A stretch of 63,570 bases of DNA, counting the filler, from a bacterium (GTDB lineage: Bacteria; JAJRZV01): assembly GCA_024275095.1 (NCBI GenBank). It is 8 parts of 8 records of this genome, joined end to end, with 100 filler letters (N's around TTAATTAATTAA, not from the genome) between each part and the next. Parts side by side here need not be neighbours in the genome. Positions count along the whole stretch, not along the records: positions 9,981 to 21,490 come from JAJRZV010000122.1; 7 more parts are not named here. The stretch is one strand, 5' to 3'. The translations under genes were made by a program, and so were the position numbers. Of the stretch, positions 9,881-21,590 are shown in pieces. Each line of letters starts with the position of its first letter. Position 1 is the stretch's first letter. The notes beneath the pieces were generated by a model. It made no database searches. It was not told where the DNA came from and saw only the letters and a list, made by a program, of their open reading frames with translations.

Positions 9881-9980
9881 NNNNNNNNNNNNNNNNNNNN
9901 NNNNNNNNNNNNNNNNNNNNNNNNTTAATTAATTAANNNNNNNNNNNNNNNNNNNNNNNNNNNNNNNNNNNNNNNNNNNN
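9881..9980. other. Artificial contig linker
   Basis: N-run + TTAATTAATTAA (stops in all six frames) + N-run, 100 nt. Confidence 0.99.
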
Positions 9981-10130
9981 AAAGGAGTGCTCAGGGATGC
10001 CGGTAGACTTGTTTTAATTCTTGATCATTCTCGCGTTTTCAAAGAGAGGGCTGTTATAGCTCTTGAGGAATTAAAGAAAGGTATAGAGGAGGTAAAAACC
10101 AGCAAAACAAAATCCAAGAAAGGCAAATGA
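9981..10130 (+). CDS. cheW: CheW C-terminal fragment (5' end lost at the contig edge)
   Basis: Manual translation KGVLRDAGRLVLILDHSRVF matches the CheW C-terminal pattern; directly upstream of MCPs. Confidence 0.7.
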   Translation, partial: KGVLRDAGRLVLILDHSRVFKERAVIALEELKKGIEEVKTSKTKSKKGK

Positions 10131-10154
10131 CCAAAAAATTATCAGGAGATTGAC

Positions 10155-12662
10155 ATGGCTGAGAAGCTTTTTGGAAGGAGAGATTTAAGAATTGAGTTGA
10201 TTGCTGCAACTTACCTTTCATCCATTCTGGCACTTATATGCGTGGGTATTTATCTGGGAGCAGTGCTCAGGCTCGAACCCCGTCAGTGGATCATTACTCC
10301 AATTGTGGCCGTTCTCATGTTTGGAGTTTTTGCCGCAATTTATGTGCTCAGGATCCTTTCAATGGCGTCTGAAATTCTTGAATACAAGCGCAAGGGTAAT
10401 GCTGTAAGAGTTGTCGAACTTTCTTTTTCTCTTCCCTGGAAGGCTGGAAAGCTTGCCTTTATCACCTGGATGGTAGGCGGGTTGTTTGTCGCTATTATGC
10501 TCGTTGTCACAGCAGATTATACCTTTACTGAAGCGCTTATGGCTTACTACGGTGCGATTCTGGGCGGGGTAGTTGGCCCTGTGTTTGCATATTTCTTTTT
10601 CAGAATGGTGATAAAAGCGCATATCCGGGAAGAGATAAAACAATTTTATATGGAAATGAAAGGCGAATACCCTCCAGGAGAACCCATAAGATTGCGCAGG
10701 AAGCTGATGATTCCTTTTACACTCCTGGTGGCCCTCGTACTGGGATTCCTTTCCATTGTTTCGTATGTACTGGCCCGTGATTCCGTGCTCAGAAACGTGA
10801 AAAATTTGGGGCTTGCCAAGCTTTCACTTCTTGCAAAAGATGACGAAGGGGTGAAATACCTGGAAGAAGAAGGATGGAGGCCTTTTTATCTGAATGGAGC
10901 GAAGAGCAACAGCAAGCTTTCCTCAGCGGTGTTGTCGGTGCTTAATTCTGCACCTCCGGGTCCAGGAGCCCACGTGGATTATCGTACTGGCAATGTATAT
11001 CTCTGGATAAAGAAGGGAGAAGCAATAAAGGGCGTGTATTATCCGTGGGAACGGATAAATAAAAGAGACCTGCGCAAAATCGGGGCGATTTCTGTTTCGG
11101 TGATTATATTTTCTCTTCTTGTGGTTTCGGCTGTGGCATGGTTTGTGTCCAAGGACATCTCGGATACCATCACTGAAATGAAGGAGGGAATGAAAAAAAT
11201 TACCATTGGAGACGTAGATGTATCTGTTCAGGTGCTCAGTGACGATGAAATGCAGGAGGCGATTGGCGGCTTTGTTGCACTCCACAACAGGTTGAAAAAG
11301 GTGGTTACTGCAATTCATGAACTCAGCACACGTATCAGTGAGCGGGCGGTCAGGGTTGAGGATGTGTACAACCAGGCGATTACTCGACTTTCGAAGAGTC
11401 TCGAGTTTTCCCGGAAGTCCCTCGCGGACCTTTCAGCGTTGAAAAAGAACATGGATGAATTGAAGAAGAACACCGAAATTTCCTCCAGGTCCGTGGACGA
11501 AATTTCATCTTCAGCGATTGAGATGGAAAGCAATATCCGCAGCGTGTTCGATATTATCGGAGATTTTATGGACAGGGTCTCACGGTCCATAGAGCTTATG
11601 GAGCACGTTCACGCGGAAATTGAGAACTTGCGGTCGTTTCTCAAGGATACATCCAGCGCGGCTTCTGCAGAAATGGATACCGTCAATTCCCTCGAAGAGA
11701 GTTTGAAAGAGGTGGAAGCTCATATAAGAGAATCACATGCGAAAGCACTTCAGGTGATGGAAAACGCGGAAAAAGGTTCGGAAACTATTATGGAAACAAT
11801 AGATATTATTCGCACCATTAAAGCCTTTGTGAACCAGATGATGGAAGTGATCGAAAGACTTCTTTCGCATTCAAAAGAGGTTGGGAACATCCTCTCTCTG
11901 ATTGATGACCTGGCCGATGAGACCAATTTGCTTTCACTTAATGCCTCGATCATCGCTGCTCAGGCCGGAGAGCACGGAAGGGCATTTGCCGTTGTGGCTG
12001 ACCAGGTAAGAGAACTGTCCGAGAGAACTTCCATATCCACGCGTGATGTCAGGCGGATACTGGAAGATATCATGGCTGCAACAAGAAATGCACGTGAAAT
12101 GATGGAAAAAGGAAACAAACAGGTCGAAGAAGGCGTACAGCGTGTGACCACCATGGAGCAGATGTTCAGAAAAATTATGGAGAGTTCACGTGAAGCAGCG
12201 TCTATTGCCGGGGAGGTACTGAAGTTCTCTTCGTCTCAGGTTGGAGCTGTGTCCAGTTCCTTAGAAAGGCTCACCACAGTAATGAAGTTGATGTCTGATG
12301 CCAGCGCGGCTATTGAGGACCTCTCGACAAACGCCCAGACTCTTCACCAGGATAATCAGTACATGAAATCCATGATTGAAAAAGTCATCAATGCTTCCGT
12401 AGAGCAGGAAAAGGGCGGAAAGGTTATTGCGCAGAATATAGAAAATATAGCGGATATGATAAAGTTCCTTGATCAGACTCTACAGAACGAAATAAAACTT
12501 GCTTCTTCTCTTCTTTCTTCAGGCCAGGGCACAGAACAGGAAATCAACAGGGCTTTGGAGGATGTAAGGCGGATAAAAGAGACTCTCTCCGAGATTGCAG
12601 CTGAAGCCAGTGCGCTTGCAGAGCAGACAGCTTTTGGAAGGAAAGACGAGGAAGAAGGATAA
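10155..12662 (+). CDS. Methyl-accepting chemotaxis protein with ~6 N-terminal TM helices
   Basis: HAMP domain; hairpin tip [38 protein letters not shown]. Confidence 0.92.
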   Translation: MAEKLFGRRDLRIELIAATYLSSILALICVGIYLGAVLRLEPRQWIITPIVAVLMFGVFAAIYVLRILSMASEILEYKRKGNAVRVVELSFSLPWKAGKLAFITWMVGGLFVAIMLVVTADYTFTEALMAYYGAILGGVVGPVFAYFFFRMVIKAHIREEIKQFYMEMKGEYPPGEPIRLRRKLMIPFTLLVALVLGFLSIVSYVLARDSVLRNVKNLGLAKLSLLAKDDEGVKYLEEEGWRPFYLNGAKSNSKLSSAVLSVLNSAPPGPGAHVDYRTGNVYLWIKKGEAIKGVYYPWERINKRDLRKIGAISVSVIIFSLLVVSAVAWFVSKDISDTITEMKEGMKKITIGDVDVSVQVLSDDEMQEAIGGFVALHNRLKKVVTAIHELSTRISERAVRVEDVYNQAITRLSKSLEFSRKSLADLSALKKNMDELKKNTEISSRSVDEISSSAIEMESNIRSVFDIIGDFMDRVSRSIELMEHVHAEIENLRSFLKDTSSAASAEMDTVNSLEESLKEVEAHIRESHAKALQVMENAEKGSETIMETIDIIRTIKAFVNQMMEVIERLLSHSKEVGNILSLIDDLADETNLLSLNASIIAAQAGEHGRAFAVVADQVRELSERTSISTRDVRRILEDIMAATRNAREMMEKGNKQVEEGVQRVTTMEQMFRKIMESSREAASIAGEVLKFSSSQVGAVSSSLERLTTVMKLMSDASAAIEDLSTNAQTLHQDNQYMKSMIEKVINASVEQEKGGKVIAQNIENIADMIKFLDQTLQNEIKLASSLLSSGQGTEQEINRALEDVRRIKETLSEIAAEASALAEQTAFGRKDEEEG

Positions 12663-12675
12663 GCAGGGAGGTATT

Positions 12676-14781
12676 ATGAGCATTCGAAAATTTGTACCTA
12701 TAAGGACCAAGGTTTTCATGGTGGTTATTCCAGGGATGATACTGGTAACTCTGGTGACGGTATCTGTGGTTTTGTTTAAAGCACGAAGTGCTTTGTTTGT
12801 GCAGTTAGAGAGGAGGGCCATTGCGGTTGCCAAAAATTATGCTGCTTCAGCGGTGTTCGCCGTGGCTACCGGAGATACAGGTTACATTGACAGATTGACC
12901 AAGCGTTTTTTCGATGATCCTGATGTGATAGCAGTGGTGATTTCAGGCGCTGATAACAAAGTTGTGTACGAGAATTATCGCTCGGACGCTTATCGTGAAA
13001 CTGTCCATCGTAATATTTTTTCAGATACTCAGACTGAAAAGGGTGCATTTACGCGTGCTGGAATCGTGTTTGCTGTAGAGAGCCTGAAGATTCAGGCGGG
13101 TGGAGAAGAGGGCGCCCTGGGTCTGGACCTCGGTGAGAGAAATCTGGGCAGGGTTTTCGTGATTTTTTCCACTACCAGGATTAAGAAAGATTTTGCAGCG
13201 GTGCTTCTGTTTTCGTTAATCGTGGTGGCTGTGTTTGTGGCAGGAGGAGCTGGCACTGCAGCCGTGGCTATTGGGCGAATATTTCAACCTGTGAGGGAAA
13301 TTGTTACAGGTTCCCAAAGTGTTGCAAGAGGTGATCTTACTGTGTCGCTTGGAATTGAAACCAATGACGAAATAGGAATCCTCGCCGAGAATTTTAACCG
13401 CATGGTCGAGCAGTTGAGGTCTGTAATTCAGCGCATGACGGAGATTGCCTCATCCATAAGTAAAGCGGTAACTGCTGCACGCGAAATTTCTCAGACCGTA
13501 ACAGAGGGATCTATGAAGCAGAAGGACTACATTCAGGAAATCGAAATAAGCATAGATAACATCAATACAGCGGCACATAATATTGCCGAGAATACGGAAA
13601 TTTTGAACTCTTCAGCGGAAGAGAGCGCATCTGCCATTTTGGAAATGAACGCATCGGTTGAAGAGGCTGCGGAGAACATGGAGAGGCTTTCCGGTGCAGT
13701 GGACGAAACCACGGTGTCCATTCAGGAGATGGCAGCGTCTATTAAACAGGTGGCAGATAATATTGTGAATCTTATGAGTGCTCTCCAGGATACTGCAAAG
13801 GCTGTCGAAGCAATTGATGAAAATATCTCCCAGATTGAACGAAATGCAGACGAAATGGCCAGAAGCAGTGAGCGCGTTAGGGAGAATGCCGGAGATGGTG
13901 AGCAGTCGCTCAGGCGCACGAAGGCACAGATGGATCGTATTAAAGTGACAGTGACGAATGTCAATCAGGCCATAGATGTGCTTAGTGACAGGGTCGGAGA
14001 AATTGGAAAGATTGTTAACGTAATAGATGACATCGCTGAACAGACAAATCTGCTGGCACTTAACGCCGCCATCATTGCTGCCCAGTCCGGTGAACGTGGA
14101 AAGGGTTTTTCGGTGGTGGCCGACAACATAAAGGAACTTTCCGACAGAACCTCGGAGTCCACGAAAGAAATTAACGCGCTCATAGAGGGTATTAATGAAG
14201 AAATGTCCAATGTGATTCGAGCTGTTGCAGAAGGAATTGAGACTGTCGAGGAAGGGGTGAAAATGGTTTCCGAGGCTTCTGAATTGCTCACCGAGATCAC
14301 CAGGAGCGCCGAAGAGTCCTACAAGAGGTCAGTGGATATTGCCCGTTCCACCAAGGAGCAGGCCCGTGCTTCGAGTGATGCTGCCAAGTCTACAAAGGTG
14401 ATTTCCGAAATGGCGATGGAGATACAGCGCGCCATCAACGAACAGGCCAAGGGAAGCGACATGATCCGCAACGCTGCCGAGCGGATGAAGGAAATATCAG
14501 ACTTTGTAAAGGGTTCAATGACCGAATTGCTCAAGTCCGGTCGCCAGGTTGGGCAGCTTATCGAGAATATTAGTGAAATGGTTAAGTTTATTGCTGAGGC
14601 AACAAAAGAGCAGAGCGGACGTACAAAAGTGGTTTCAGAAAAGGTTGACGAGATCCTCAACGTATCGGATAAGAACATAGAGGTGGCTCAAAATCTCAGA
14701 AAGTCTGTGGAAGAATTGATGGACAGGTCCACAGAGATGGGTGAGATAACCAAAACTTTTAAAATCAGGAGGAAAGCATGA
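12676..14781 (+). CDS. Methyl-accepting chemotaxis protein (2 TM, periplasmic sensor, HAMP)
   Basis: [49 protein letters not shown] at 12676 after GGAGG. Confidence 0.93.
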   Translation: MSIRKFVPIRTKVFMVVIPGMILVTLVTVSVVLFKARSALFVQLERRAIAVAKNYAASAVFAVATGDTGYIDRLTKRFFDDPDVIAVVISGADNKVVYENYRSDAYRETVHRNIFSDTQTEKGAFTRAGIVFAVESLKIQAGGEEGALGLDLGERNLGRVFVIFSTTRIKKDFAAVLLFSLIVVAVFVAGGAGTAAVAIGRIFQPVREIVTGSQSVARGDLTVSLGIETNDEIGILAENFNRMVEQLRSVIQRMTEIASSISKAVTAAREISQTVTEGSMKQKDYIQEIEISIDNINTAAHNIAENTEILNSSAEESASAILEMNASVEEAAENMERLSGAVDETTVSIQEMAASIKQVADNIVNLMSALQDTAKAVEAIDENISQIERNADEMARSSERVRENAGDGEQSLRRTKAQMDRIKVTVTNVNQAIDVLSDRVGEIGKIVNVIDDIAEQTNLLALNAAIIAAQSGERGKGFSVVADNIKELSDRTSESTKEINALIEGINEEMSNVIRAVAEGIETVEEGVKMVSEASELLTEITRSAEESYKRSVDIARSTKEQARASSDAAKSTKVISEMAMEIQRAINEQAKGSDMIRNAAERMKEISDFVKGSMTELLKSGRQVGQLIENISEMVKFIAEATKEQSGRTKVVSEKVDEILNVSDKNIEVAQNLRKSVEELMDRSTEMGEITKTFKIRRKA

Positions 14782-15806
14782 AGGTGAAATGTCCCAAGTG
14801 TGGAGCACTTTATCAGATTGATCCCTCTCGGATCGCCAAAGACGTTGTAAAGCTCCGGTGTAAAAAGTGTGGCTCGATTTTCGGAGTGAGAATAAAAAGA
14901 GCAGCTCCGTCTCAGCAACAAGAAGTTAAGGCCCCGCCCGTTGAGAAACCGGCTCCTCCACCTCCACCCCCACGGACGGTACTTCTTGGAATAGAAGACC
15001 CCGAACGTCTTGAGGAAGTAGCTAAAGCACTTGAAACTGCGAGGTTTACAGTAAAGAGGGCAACCGATGGACTCCAGGTGCTCGATGTGTTGAGCGCGGA
15101 AAAACCGGATGCGCTTGTTCTTGACGTGGTACTACCCAAAGTATTTGGATTTGAGATTTCGGAACTGGTGCGTAAAAGAGAAAGTTTAAAAGATCTCAGA
15201 ATTGTTCTTATCAGTACTTACAACAAAGAAAAATACGTTCGGCCCGCCCAGGAAAATTATGGCGCGGATGCCTTCGTGGACCCCAAACACGTGGTGGAAC
15301 GACTACCGGGCATGCTGAGGCAGTTGCTTGGGGACGTCTCTGCTCCTGAAAAACCGACGCCCGAAGCTCCTGCTCCGTCTCCGCCAAAACCTGAGGCTCC
15401 TCAGCCTGCTCCTGCTGCACAACCATCTCAACCTGAAGCTCCTCCGGAGCCATCTCCCCCACCGTCTCCGCCTTCACAGGTCAGCGCAACAAAACTTATG
15501 CAGGAGCAGGCAAGAGAAGTGGAAGAAGAATTTCCCGACCTTTCCCCTGAACAGCGCAAGGAAGTGGAAAAGGCCAAACGACTTGCACGCCTGATTGTCA
15601 GTGATATTCTTCTATATAATCCTGACAAGGTAGAACAGGGCGTTAAGTCCGGAACTTTTTTTACATTACTCGAAAAAGATATCGAAGATGGACGTAAATT
15701 ATTTGAAGAACGTGTACCAGAGTGGATCAGACAGCGGTGGGATTTTCTGACAGAAGAATTGAACAGACTTATTGAACGAAAGAAAGCAGAGTACGGAATC
15801 TCTTAA
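14778..15806 (+). CDS. MJ0042-type zinc ribbon + atypical receiver domain + Pro-rich linker + helical C-terminal domain
   Basis: [20 protein letters not shown] receiver; [13 protein letters not shown]-terminal block. Confidence 0.8.
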   Translation: MKVKCPKCGALYQIDPSRIAKDVVKLRCKKCGSIFGVRIKRAAPSQQQEVKAPPVEKPAPPPPPPRTVLLGIEDPERLEEVAKALETARFTVKRATDGLQVLDVLSAEKPDALVLDVVLPKVFGFEISELVRKRESLKDLRIVLISTYNKEKYVRPAQENYGADAFVDPKHVVERLPGMLRQLLGDVSAPEKPTPEAPAPSPPKPEAPQPAPAAQPSQPEAPPEPSPPPSPPSQVSATKLMQEQAREVEEEFPDLSPEQRKEVEKAKRLARLIVSDILLYNPDKVEQGVKSGTFFTLLEKDIEDGRKLFEERVPEWIRQRWDFLTEELNRLIERKKAEYGIS

Positions 15807-15829
15807 CATTACGGATGTGTTGATTGTTT

Positions 15830-17764
15830 ATGGATTCTGCGGCACTCAAAGAGTTGTTAAGTAGCAGCGATGAAAATGCACGGGTAAATGCAGCAGCCCG
15901 GCTGAGATTTTTGCCCCGTGATGAAGCACAGGAACTTTTTGCTGTGGCACTCTCGGACAGTGCAGTACGTGTGCGTAAAGCAGCTGAGGAGAGTTTCAAA
16001 ATTGGAATTTCCAGTAAGGACCTCCCGTTGCTTTTTCAATGGCTCGGCAATCATGAAAACGCCAACCTTCGTACGGCGGCATTTGAAATGCTCCGCGATT
16101 GTAGAGATATTCTGCTTTCAGGAATTGTTGCAAAAAGCCGATCGAAAGATTCAGAAATTCGCAAGTTTTGTGCAGACCTTTTGTGTGGTGTTACCGACGC
16201 AAAAGGTGTAGAGGCTCTCAAGAATCTTCTTGAAGATAGAGATTTAAACGTTCGCGTTGCTGCTGCCGAATCCCTCGCTGCAACAGGTCTTCCAGATGCA
16301 AAAGATGCCATTTTGAAGCGTTTGAAGGTTCTGCAGGACCCGTATGAGATATTTTCTTTTATGGAAGCTCTGAGGTTTCTTGGTGAAAAGGGGCTTAAAC
16401 TTCCGGTAGGTAAGTGGCTGAACAGGTTTGTACAGAACGCAGTCCTTCGCAAGGCGGTAATTCATTATCTCGGCTCCAGCAGAAACGCATCTGCTGTCTC
16501 GTGTTTAGCTGACATATTTAACCAGTACCCTGAAGATATACTGGATGTGGCGCGGAGTCTTGTGAGATTGAAAAGCACGCTGAAGAGTTTTCCTGCCGGG
16601 AAGGAACTGGCGCGAAAGTTCAAGCTCAAGAAGAATGTAGCAGAGATTCTTCTTGAGAAAGCAAAAGATATGAAACGTGAGGAAATCCTTGATATTATGA
16701 ATTTTGCGATTCTCACTTCTAATGCTCGTCACCTCTTGTCACTTGCGCTTTCACCTGGTTTCACATTCGAGGATCAGAGTATAGTTGCCGAATTTTTTGC
16801 AACAGCAGGCCCATCAGCTCTCCAATGGGCGGAAGAGAGAACCGATATGCTCAGTCCCGTGGTGGCAGCAGCCGCGGCTCTTTCCATGGGGATGATGAAA
16901 TCGCCGACTGTAAGAAAAAAACTTGTAAATGAACTGAAACATATTCTTACATCACATTCTGTTGCTGATTACTTGCTGACTGCTTATTTGCAAGCCGGAA
17001 AAATTGCTCCTTCGCCTGAGATTGCGGAACTCTTATGCAAAAAGTGTTCCAGCCTCAGTGAAGAGGCTATGGAAGCAGCGGCCGAGTATTTTCGAAGTAT
17101 GGGGAAAAAACTGCGATATTCGCCCAGGCTGTTTAAACGCCTTAAAGAAATATGTACTGGCAGGTGCGCAGTGTTTCTCGCTTACTTTGTGGAAGGAGGC
17201 CCACCTGAAAAGGTGAGAGAGGCACTGGAAATTTTTCTCAAGCACGATGATCCCGCTATAAGAGCAAAGGCTGTGGAAGTTCTTGGTCCCTGGATGGAAG
17301 AATATCCGGATTCCCTCGCACCGTTTTTTAATGACGAAAATGAAGATGTACGCATCAGTGCTATAAGTTCTATTTCCAGGTGGAAAGGTGACCAGGCACG
17401 CAGGTACCTTGCGTGTGCATTGCGCGATGAAAGCGAGATGGTCAGGGCGAGAGCAGTAGACACCGCTGCAATGATGAAGAAGTTAAAGTTGAAGGAGAAA
17501 ATGAATATTCTTAAGGTGGCGTTGAGTGATCCATCTCCATACGTGGCCATTTCTGCTATTGCAACGATTAAGCACATAACACAAAGTCGAGAGGAGGCGT
17601 GCTTGAGTTTGATAGAAGCATTGTATCATCCTGTAGAAGACGTGGTTGTTGAAGCTGCCCGTGAGATGAGTTCTTGTCTGGAACACCCCAAAGTAAGGGA
17701 AGCGCTTAAAGAGGCTGCTCAACGGAATGAACGCGTGCGCGCAATTGTGGATAATCTTTTGTGA
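15830..17764 (+). CDS. HEAT-repeat protein of the chemosensory cluster
   Basis: Repeated L.D....VR..AA..L motifs; lies between the MCP/receiver genes and cheR. Confidence 0.85.
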   Translation: MDSAALKELLSSSDENARVNAAARLRFLPRDEAQELFAVALSDSAVRVRKAAEESFKIGISSKDLPLLFQWLGNHENANLRTAAFEMLRDCRDILLSGIVAKSRSKDSEIRKFCADLLCGVTDAKGVEALKNLLEDRDLNVRVAAAESLAATGLPDAKDAILKRLKVLQDPYEIFSFMEALRFLGEKGLKLPVGKWLNRFVQNAVLRKAVIHYLGSSRNASAVSCLADIFNQYPEDILDVARSLVRLKSTLKSFPAGKELARKFKLKKNVAEILLEKAKDMKREEILDIMNFAILTSNARHLLSLALSPGFTFEDQSIVAEFFATAGPSALQWAEERTDMLSPVVAAAAALSMGMMKSPTVRKKLVNELKHILTSHSVADYLLTAYLQAGKIAPSPEIAELLCKKCSSLSEEAMEAAAEYFRSMGKKLRYSPRLFKRLKEICTGRCAVFLAYFVEGGPPEKVREALEIFLKHDDPAIRAKAVEVLGPWMEEYPDSLAPFFNDENEDVRISAISSISRWKGDQARRYLACALRDESEMVRARAVDTAAMMKKLKLKEKMNILKVALSDPSPYVAISAIATIKHITQSREEACLSLIEALYHPVEDVVVEAAREMSSCLEHPKVREALKEAAQRNERVRAIVDNLL

Positions 17765-17842
17765 CATGGAAGGAGCGGAAATTCTGAAAAAACGGAAGAG
17801 AAAAAATCATATAAATCGAATGAATCCTGAGAGTGTTTTTAG

Positions 17843-18727
17843 ATGATTCAGTCTTCTTCTTATCAAAACAGGTTCTCCCAGAAAGATTTTGAGGATTTAA
17901 AAAATTTTATAGAAGAGTGGTGCGGTATTGAGTTCAGCGAAAACAACAGGTACATCCTTGAACGACGCGTACAAACTCGGATTGAGGCTTTGAAATTAAA
18001 AAGTCCCAGGGATTATTACTTTTTTATTCGCTATTCCCCGAAACGTCACGAAGAAGTTGAAAAACTTATTAATATTCTCACCACGAACGAGACGTACTTT
18101 TTTAGGGAAAAACATCAATTGAAAGCCTTTAGTGAAGAAATTTTACCTGAACTACACAGGAATAACAGGGAGTCCAGAAGTTTACGCGTCTGGTCCGCGG
18201 GATGTTCCACAGGAGAGGAGCCTTACACCATCGCTATTCTTATTATAGAAAGCAAGCTCTTCCATAACTGGAACGTGGAAATATTTGCCACGGATATCAA
18301 CACGGAGGTGCTTCAGCATGCACGTGAAGCTGTTTACACCGTAAAGTCATTTCGAGATACCGAGCAGAGATATCTTCGGGATTTTTTTGACAAACTGGAT
18401 GGCGGCCGTTATGTGGTCAAACCGGAAGTGAGAAGTCTTGTTAATTTTGGAAAATTGAACCTTCTTGATACAGGACGCATACGAATGCTGCCTCGCTTTG
18501 ATGTCATTTTTTGTAGAAACGTGCTCATTTACTTTACACAGGAGGCCAAGAAAAAGGTGTCTACTGCGTTTTTTGACTCACTCAAAGATGGTGGCTATCT
18601 TCTCCTGGGACACGCAGAATCGTTAATTAATATTTCCAGTGATTTTGAACTTGTACATTTTAAGAATGATATTGTATACCGTAAACCCAGGCGGGGGGAG
18701 GATGAAGAGACGAGTTCTCGTTGTTGA
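17843..18727 (+). CDS. cheR: Protein-glutamate O-methyltransferase CheR
   Basis: TTNETYFFRE, WSAGCSTGEEPYT, FDVIFCRNVLIYF, LGHAES. Confidence 0.97.
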   Translation: MIQSSSYQNRFSQKDFEDLKNFIEEWCGIEFSENNRYILERRVQTRIEALKLKSPRDYYFFIRYSPKRHEEVEKLINILTTNETYFFREKHQLKAFSEEILPELHRNNRESRSLRVWSAGCSTGEEPYTIAILIIESKLFHNWNVEIFATDINTEVLQHAREAVYTVKSFRDTEQRYLRDFFDKLDGGRYVVKPEVRSLVNFGKLNLLDTGRIRMLPRFDVIFCRNVLIYFTQEAKKKVSTAFFDSLKDGGYLLLGHAESLINISSDFELVHFKNDIVYRKPRRGEDEETSSRC

Positions 18728-19835
18728 TGATTCCGCTTACTACAGACGGGCGATTATCCGGATTCTTGAGAAAGACCCTTCTGTTGAAGTGGTTGGGTAT
18801 GCACGTAATGGTCGAGATGCACTGAAAAAGGTCAAACAACTTAATCCCGACGTTGTAATTCTTGACCTTGAAATGCCTGAACTGGACGGGTTCTCATTTT
18901 TGCGGATTATCATGGCCGAAAATCCTTTGCCAGTGATTGTGGTTTCCTCCTTGAGCGATGATGAGAACGTGTACCGGGCGCTTGAGATGGGGGCGGTAGA
19001 TTTTGTTCCCAAGCCTACGAAAAAGATATCACCGCGCATTTACGATATAGGAGAAGAGCTTCTCAGGCGGGTGGCGTTCGCAGATAAAGTGAACCTCCGT
19101 ACCCGCGCGGAAATACGCCGCCAGATCGGTCTTAAAGTCCAGCAGGGAGAAAGTCCACCGTCACCAAAGGTCAAACCGCTGAGACCGATGCTGGAGCTTT
19201 CTACCACATCTCTGATACCTGTGGCTATTGGAGCATCGACGGGTGGACCGTCTGCGCTTCAGCAGGTTTTATCTGGAATCATCTACGACCGCAATCTTCT
19301 CGTTTTTATCTCCCAGCACATCCCACCAGGATTTTCACGAGCGCTGGCTGAGAGACTTAACCGATATTCGGAGTTGGATGTCAAAGAGGCTGAACATGGA
19401 GAAAGGATCGTGGGAGGCAGAGCTTATCTGTGTCCTGGTGGATATTCCATGATGATTGCTGGTGGCGATGAGGCTCTTTATGTTAAACTTGAACCTCGTG
19501 GGGATGAGAGGTACGTTCCCTCAATAGATAAAATGATGATTTCGGTGGCGGAGGTATTCGGGGAAAGAGTGATGGGTATTCTTCTGACGGGCATGGGAAA
19601 TGACGGTGTGAAGGGTTTGGCTTCTATTCTCAACGCCGGAGGACGTACAATAGCAGAGTCACCTGAGACGGCTGTGATTTTTGGGATGCCGCGCGAGGCC
19701 GTGAAATATAAGGCAGTACACAAAATCGTGAGCCTGTATCACATAGCCCATGAGATTAACGAATGGGTGGCAAGGTGGAACAGAAAAATGAGCCAGCAAA
19801 ATTTGGAGGAAAGTGATGGACAGAGAACACGGTGA
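18702..19835 (+). CDS. cheB: Chemotaxis response regulator protein-glutamate methylesterase CheB
   Basis: N-terminal receiver; GASTGGP, QHIP, LTGMGNDG, FGMP motifs. Confidence 0.97.
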   Translation: MKRRVLVVDDSAYYRRAIIRILEKDPSVEVVGYARNGRDALKKVKQLNPDVVILDLEMPELDGFSFLRIIMAENPLPVIVVSSLSDDENVYRALEMGAVDFVPKPTKKISPRIYDIGEELLRRVAFADKVNLRTRAEIRRQIGLKVQQGESPPSPKVKPLRPMLELSTTSLIPVAIGASTGGPSALQQVLSGIIYDRNLLVFISQHIPPGFSRALAERLNRYSELDVKEAEHGERIVGGRAYLCPGGYSMMIAGGDEALYVKLEPRGDERYVPSIDKMMISVAEVFGERVMGILLTGMGNDGVKGLASILNAGGRTIAESPETAVIFGMPREAVKYKAVHKIVSLYHIAHEINEWVARWNRKMSQQNLEESDGQRTR

Positions 19836-20637
19836 AGATCCTAAGAAAAAAGCTGAAGTTATTCTCCAAATTTTCAAGAAAGGTGAAGTGTTTGCACAGG
19901 AATTGTTGAAGGAGAACGAACGTCTCAGGTACCAGATCATAAAACTGAAAGAAGAAAAGGAAAGTTTGCTCAGGGAGCGGGGAGGAGAACAGCTTGTTGA
20001 ACTTCAAAGGCGCATAGAAGAACTGGAGAGAGAAAAACAGCAGTTGCTCAAACGATATGAAGAAGTGGAAAAGGAAAATATTAATTTCGCAAAAAAGTAT
20101 GTAGAAATTGAAGAAGAAAACAACAAGCTTGCAAACCTTTACATCGCCAGTTATCAACTCCACTCAACTCTTGATTTCGACGAGGTGATAAGGACCATTG
20201 TAGAGATTGTCATCAATCTCATCGGTGGAGAACGGTTTGCAGTGCTTTTGCTGGATGAAAAGGCCAACAGGCTCCAGTTTGTCGCTGGTGAGGGTGTGTC
20301 CAAAGAAGAGTTTCCTGATATTTCTCTGGATGATGAACACCTCATTGCCCAGTGTGTACTTTCAGGTGAGTCGTATTTTTCTGAAAACCAGGAGGCATCG
20401 GATGATATTAATAAACCTATCGTTTGTGTCCCGTTGAAGGTGAAAGAGAAGGTTATAGGTGCTATTGTGGTGTACAAACTGTTAGAACAGAAGGAAAAGC
20501 TTACCGAACTCGACCACGAACTATTCAATCTCATGGCCGCTCATGCAGCTACCGCGATTTTCAGTGCGAAGCTCTACTCTGATTCACGCAGAAAGCTTAC
20601 AACAATTCAGGGGTTTATAGATCTTCTGGTAAAGTAG
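19816..20637 (+). CDS. Coiled-coil + GAF domain protein of the chemosensory cluster
   Basis: LANLYIASYQLHSTLDF; GAF-type CVPLKVKEKVIGAIVV. Confidence 0.85.
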   Translation: MDREHGEDPKKKAEVILQIFKKGEVFAQELLKENERLRYQIIKLKEEKESLLRERGGEQLVELQRRIEELEREKQQLLKRYEEVEKENINFAKKYVEIEEENNKLANLYIASYQLHSTLDFDEVIRTIVEIVINLIGGERFAVLLLDEKANRLQFVAGEGVSKEEFPDISLDDEHLIAQCVLSGESYFSENQEASDDINKPIVCVPLKVKEKVIGAIVVYKLLEQKEKLTELDHELFNLMAAHAATAIFSAKLYSDSRRKLTTIQGFIDLLVK

Positions 20638-20652
20638 ATGGAGGGGGAAATT

Positions 20653-21057
20653 ATGGGGGGGAGCGACAAGAAAGAACGGAAGATTCTCATTGTGGAAGAC
20701 TCTCCCACAATGCGTCAACTTATAATTTTCGCTTTACGGCGGTTAAAAAATGTGAAAATTGTAGAGGCTTCCGATGGGGTGGAGGGTCTGAAAAAATTAC
20801 AGAAGGATGTTTTTGACCTCATCATTACAGATATCAATATGCCCATTATGGATGGACTGAAACTGGTGAGTATTATACGCCGGGATGAAATATACAAAAA
20901 TGTGCCTGTTATCATCATCACCACTGAAAGCGGCAGGGAAGATCGAGAGCGAGCCCTTTCTCTGGGTGCCAATGCGTATGTGACCAAGCCCATTCAGGCT
21001 CCGGAGGTGCTTAAACTGGTGGAACAGTATCTCTCCACCAACCAGAACCAATTATAA
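20653..21057 (+). CDS. cheY: CheY-like single-domain response regulator
   Basis: ILIVEDS, IITDINMP, IITTE, YVTKP. Confidence 0.88.
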   Translation: MGGSDKKERKILIVEDSPTMRQLIIFALRRLKNVKIVEASDGVEGLKKLQKDVFDLIITDINMPIMDGLKLVSIIRRDEIYKNVPVIIITTESGREDRERALSLGANAYVTKPIQAPEVLKLVEQYLSTNQNQL

Positions 21058-21148
21058 CTTTTCAAGTTTTATTGATCATTTGTTGGTAGCTGAGGAGGCG
21101 GATAAACACTTTTTGGAATATGTTATTTAACTTTACAGGGAGGTAATA

Positions 21149-21490
21149 ATGGCTGAACGCACACTTGTCATTGTGAAACCAGATGCTGTGAAGAAAGGCG
21201 TTGCTGGCAAAATTATTTCACGGTTTGAAGAAGAGGGGTTTTCCATTGTGGCACTTCGCCTTTTTCGGCTCAGCAGGGTGGATGCCCAACGGTTTTATGA
21301 AGTACATAAAGAAAAACCTTTTTATGATAGCTTGTGCGAGTTTATGTCTTCCGGGCCCTGTATAGCAGCGGTTCTGGAAGGAGAAAATGCTGTTAAAAGG
21401 GTCAGGGATATTATGGGAGCGACGGATCCGGCGAAGGCCGAGCCGGGTACTTTGCGTAAACTTTACGCCACGGATGTGGAGAAAAACGCT
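21149..21490 (+). CDS. ndk: Nucleoside diphosphate kinase (3'-truncated by the gap)
   Basis: ERTLVIVKPDAV, FY..HKEKPF, MGATDP..A.PGTLR. Confidence 0.97.
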
Positions 21491-21590
21491 NNNNNNNNNN
21501 NNNNNNNNNNNNNNNNNNNNNNNNNNNNNNNNNNTTAATTAATTAANNNNNNNNNNNNNNNNNNNNNNNNNNNNNNNNNNNNNNNNNNNN
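21491..21590. other. Artificial contig linker
   Basis: N-run/TTAATTAATTAA/N-run. Confidence 0.99.

Noticed and set aside
15340-15480. Low-complexity CCT/CCG repeats
   Set aside because: They encode the Pro-rich linker of the zinc-ribbon/receiver protein.
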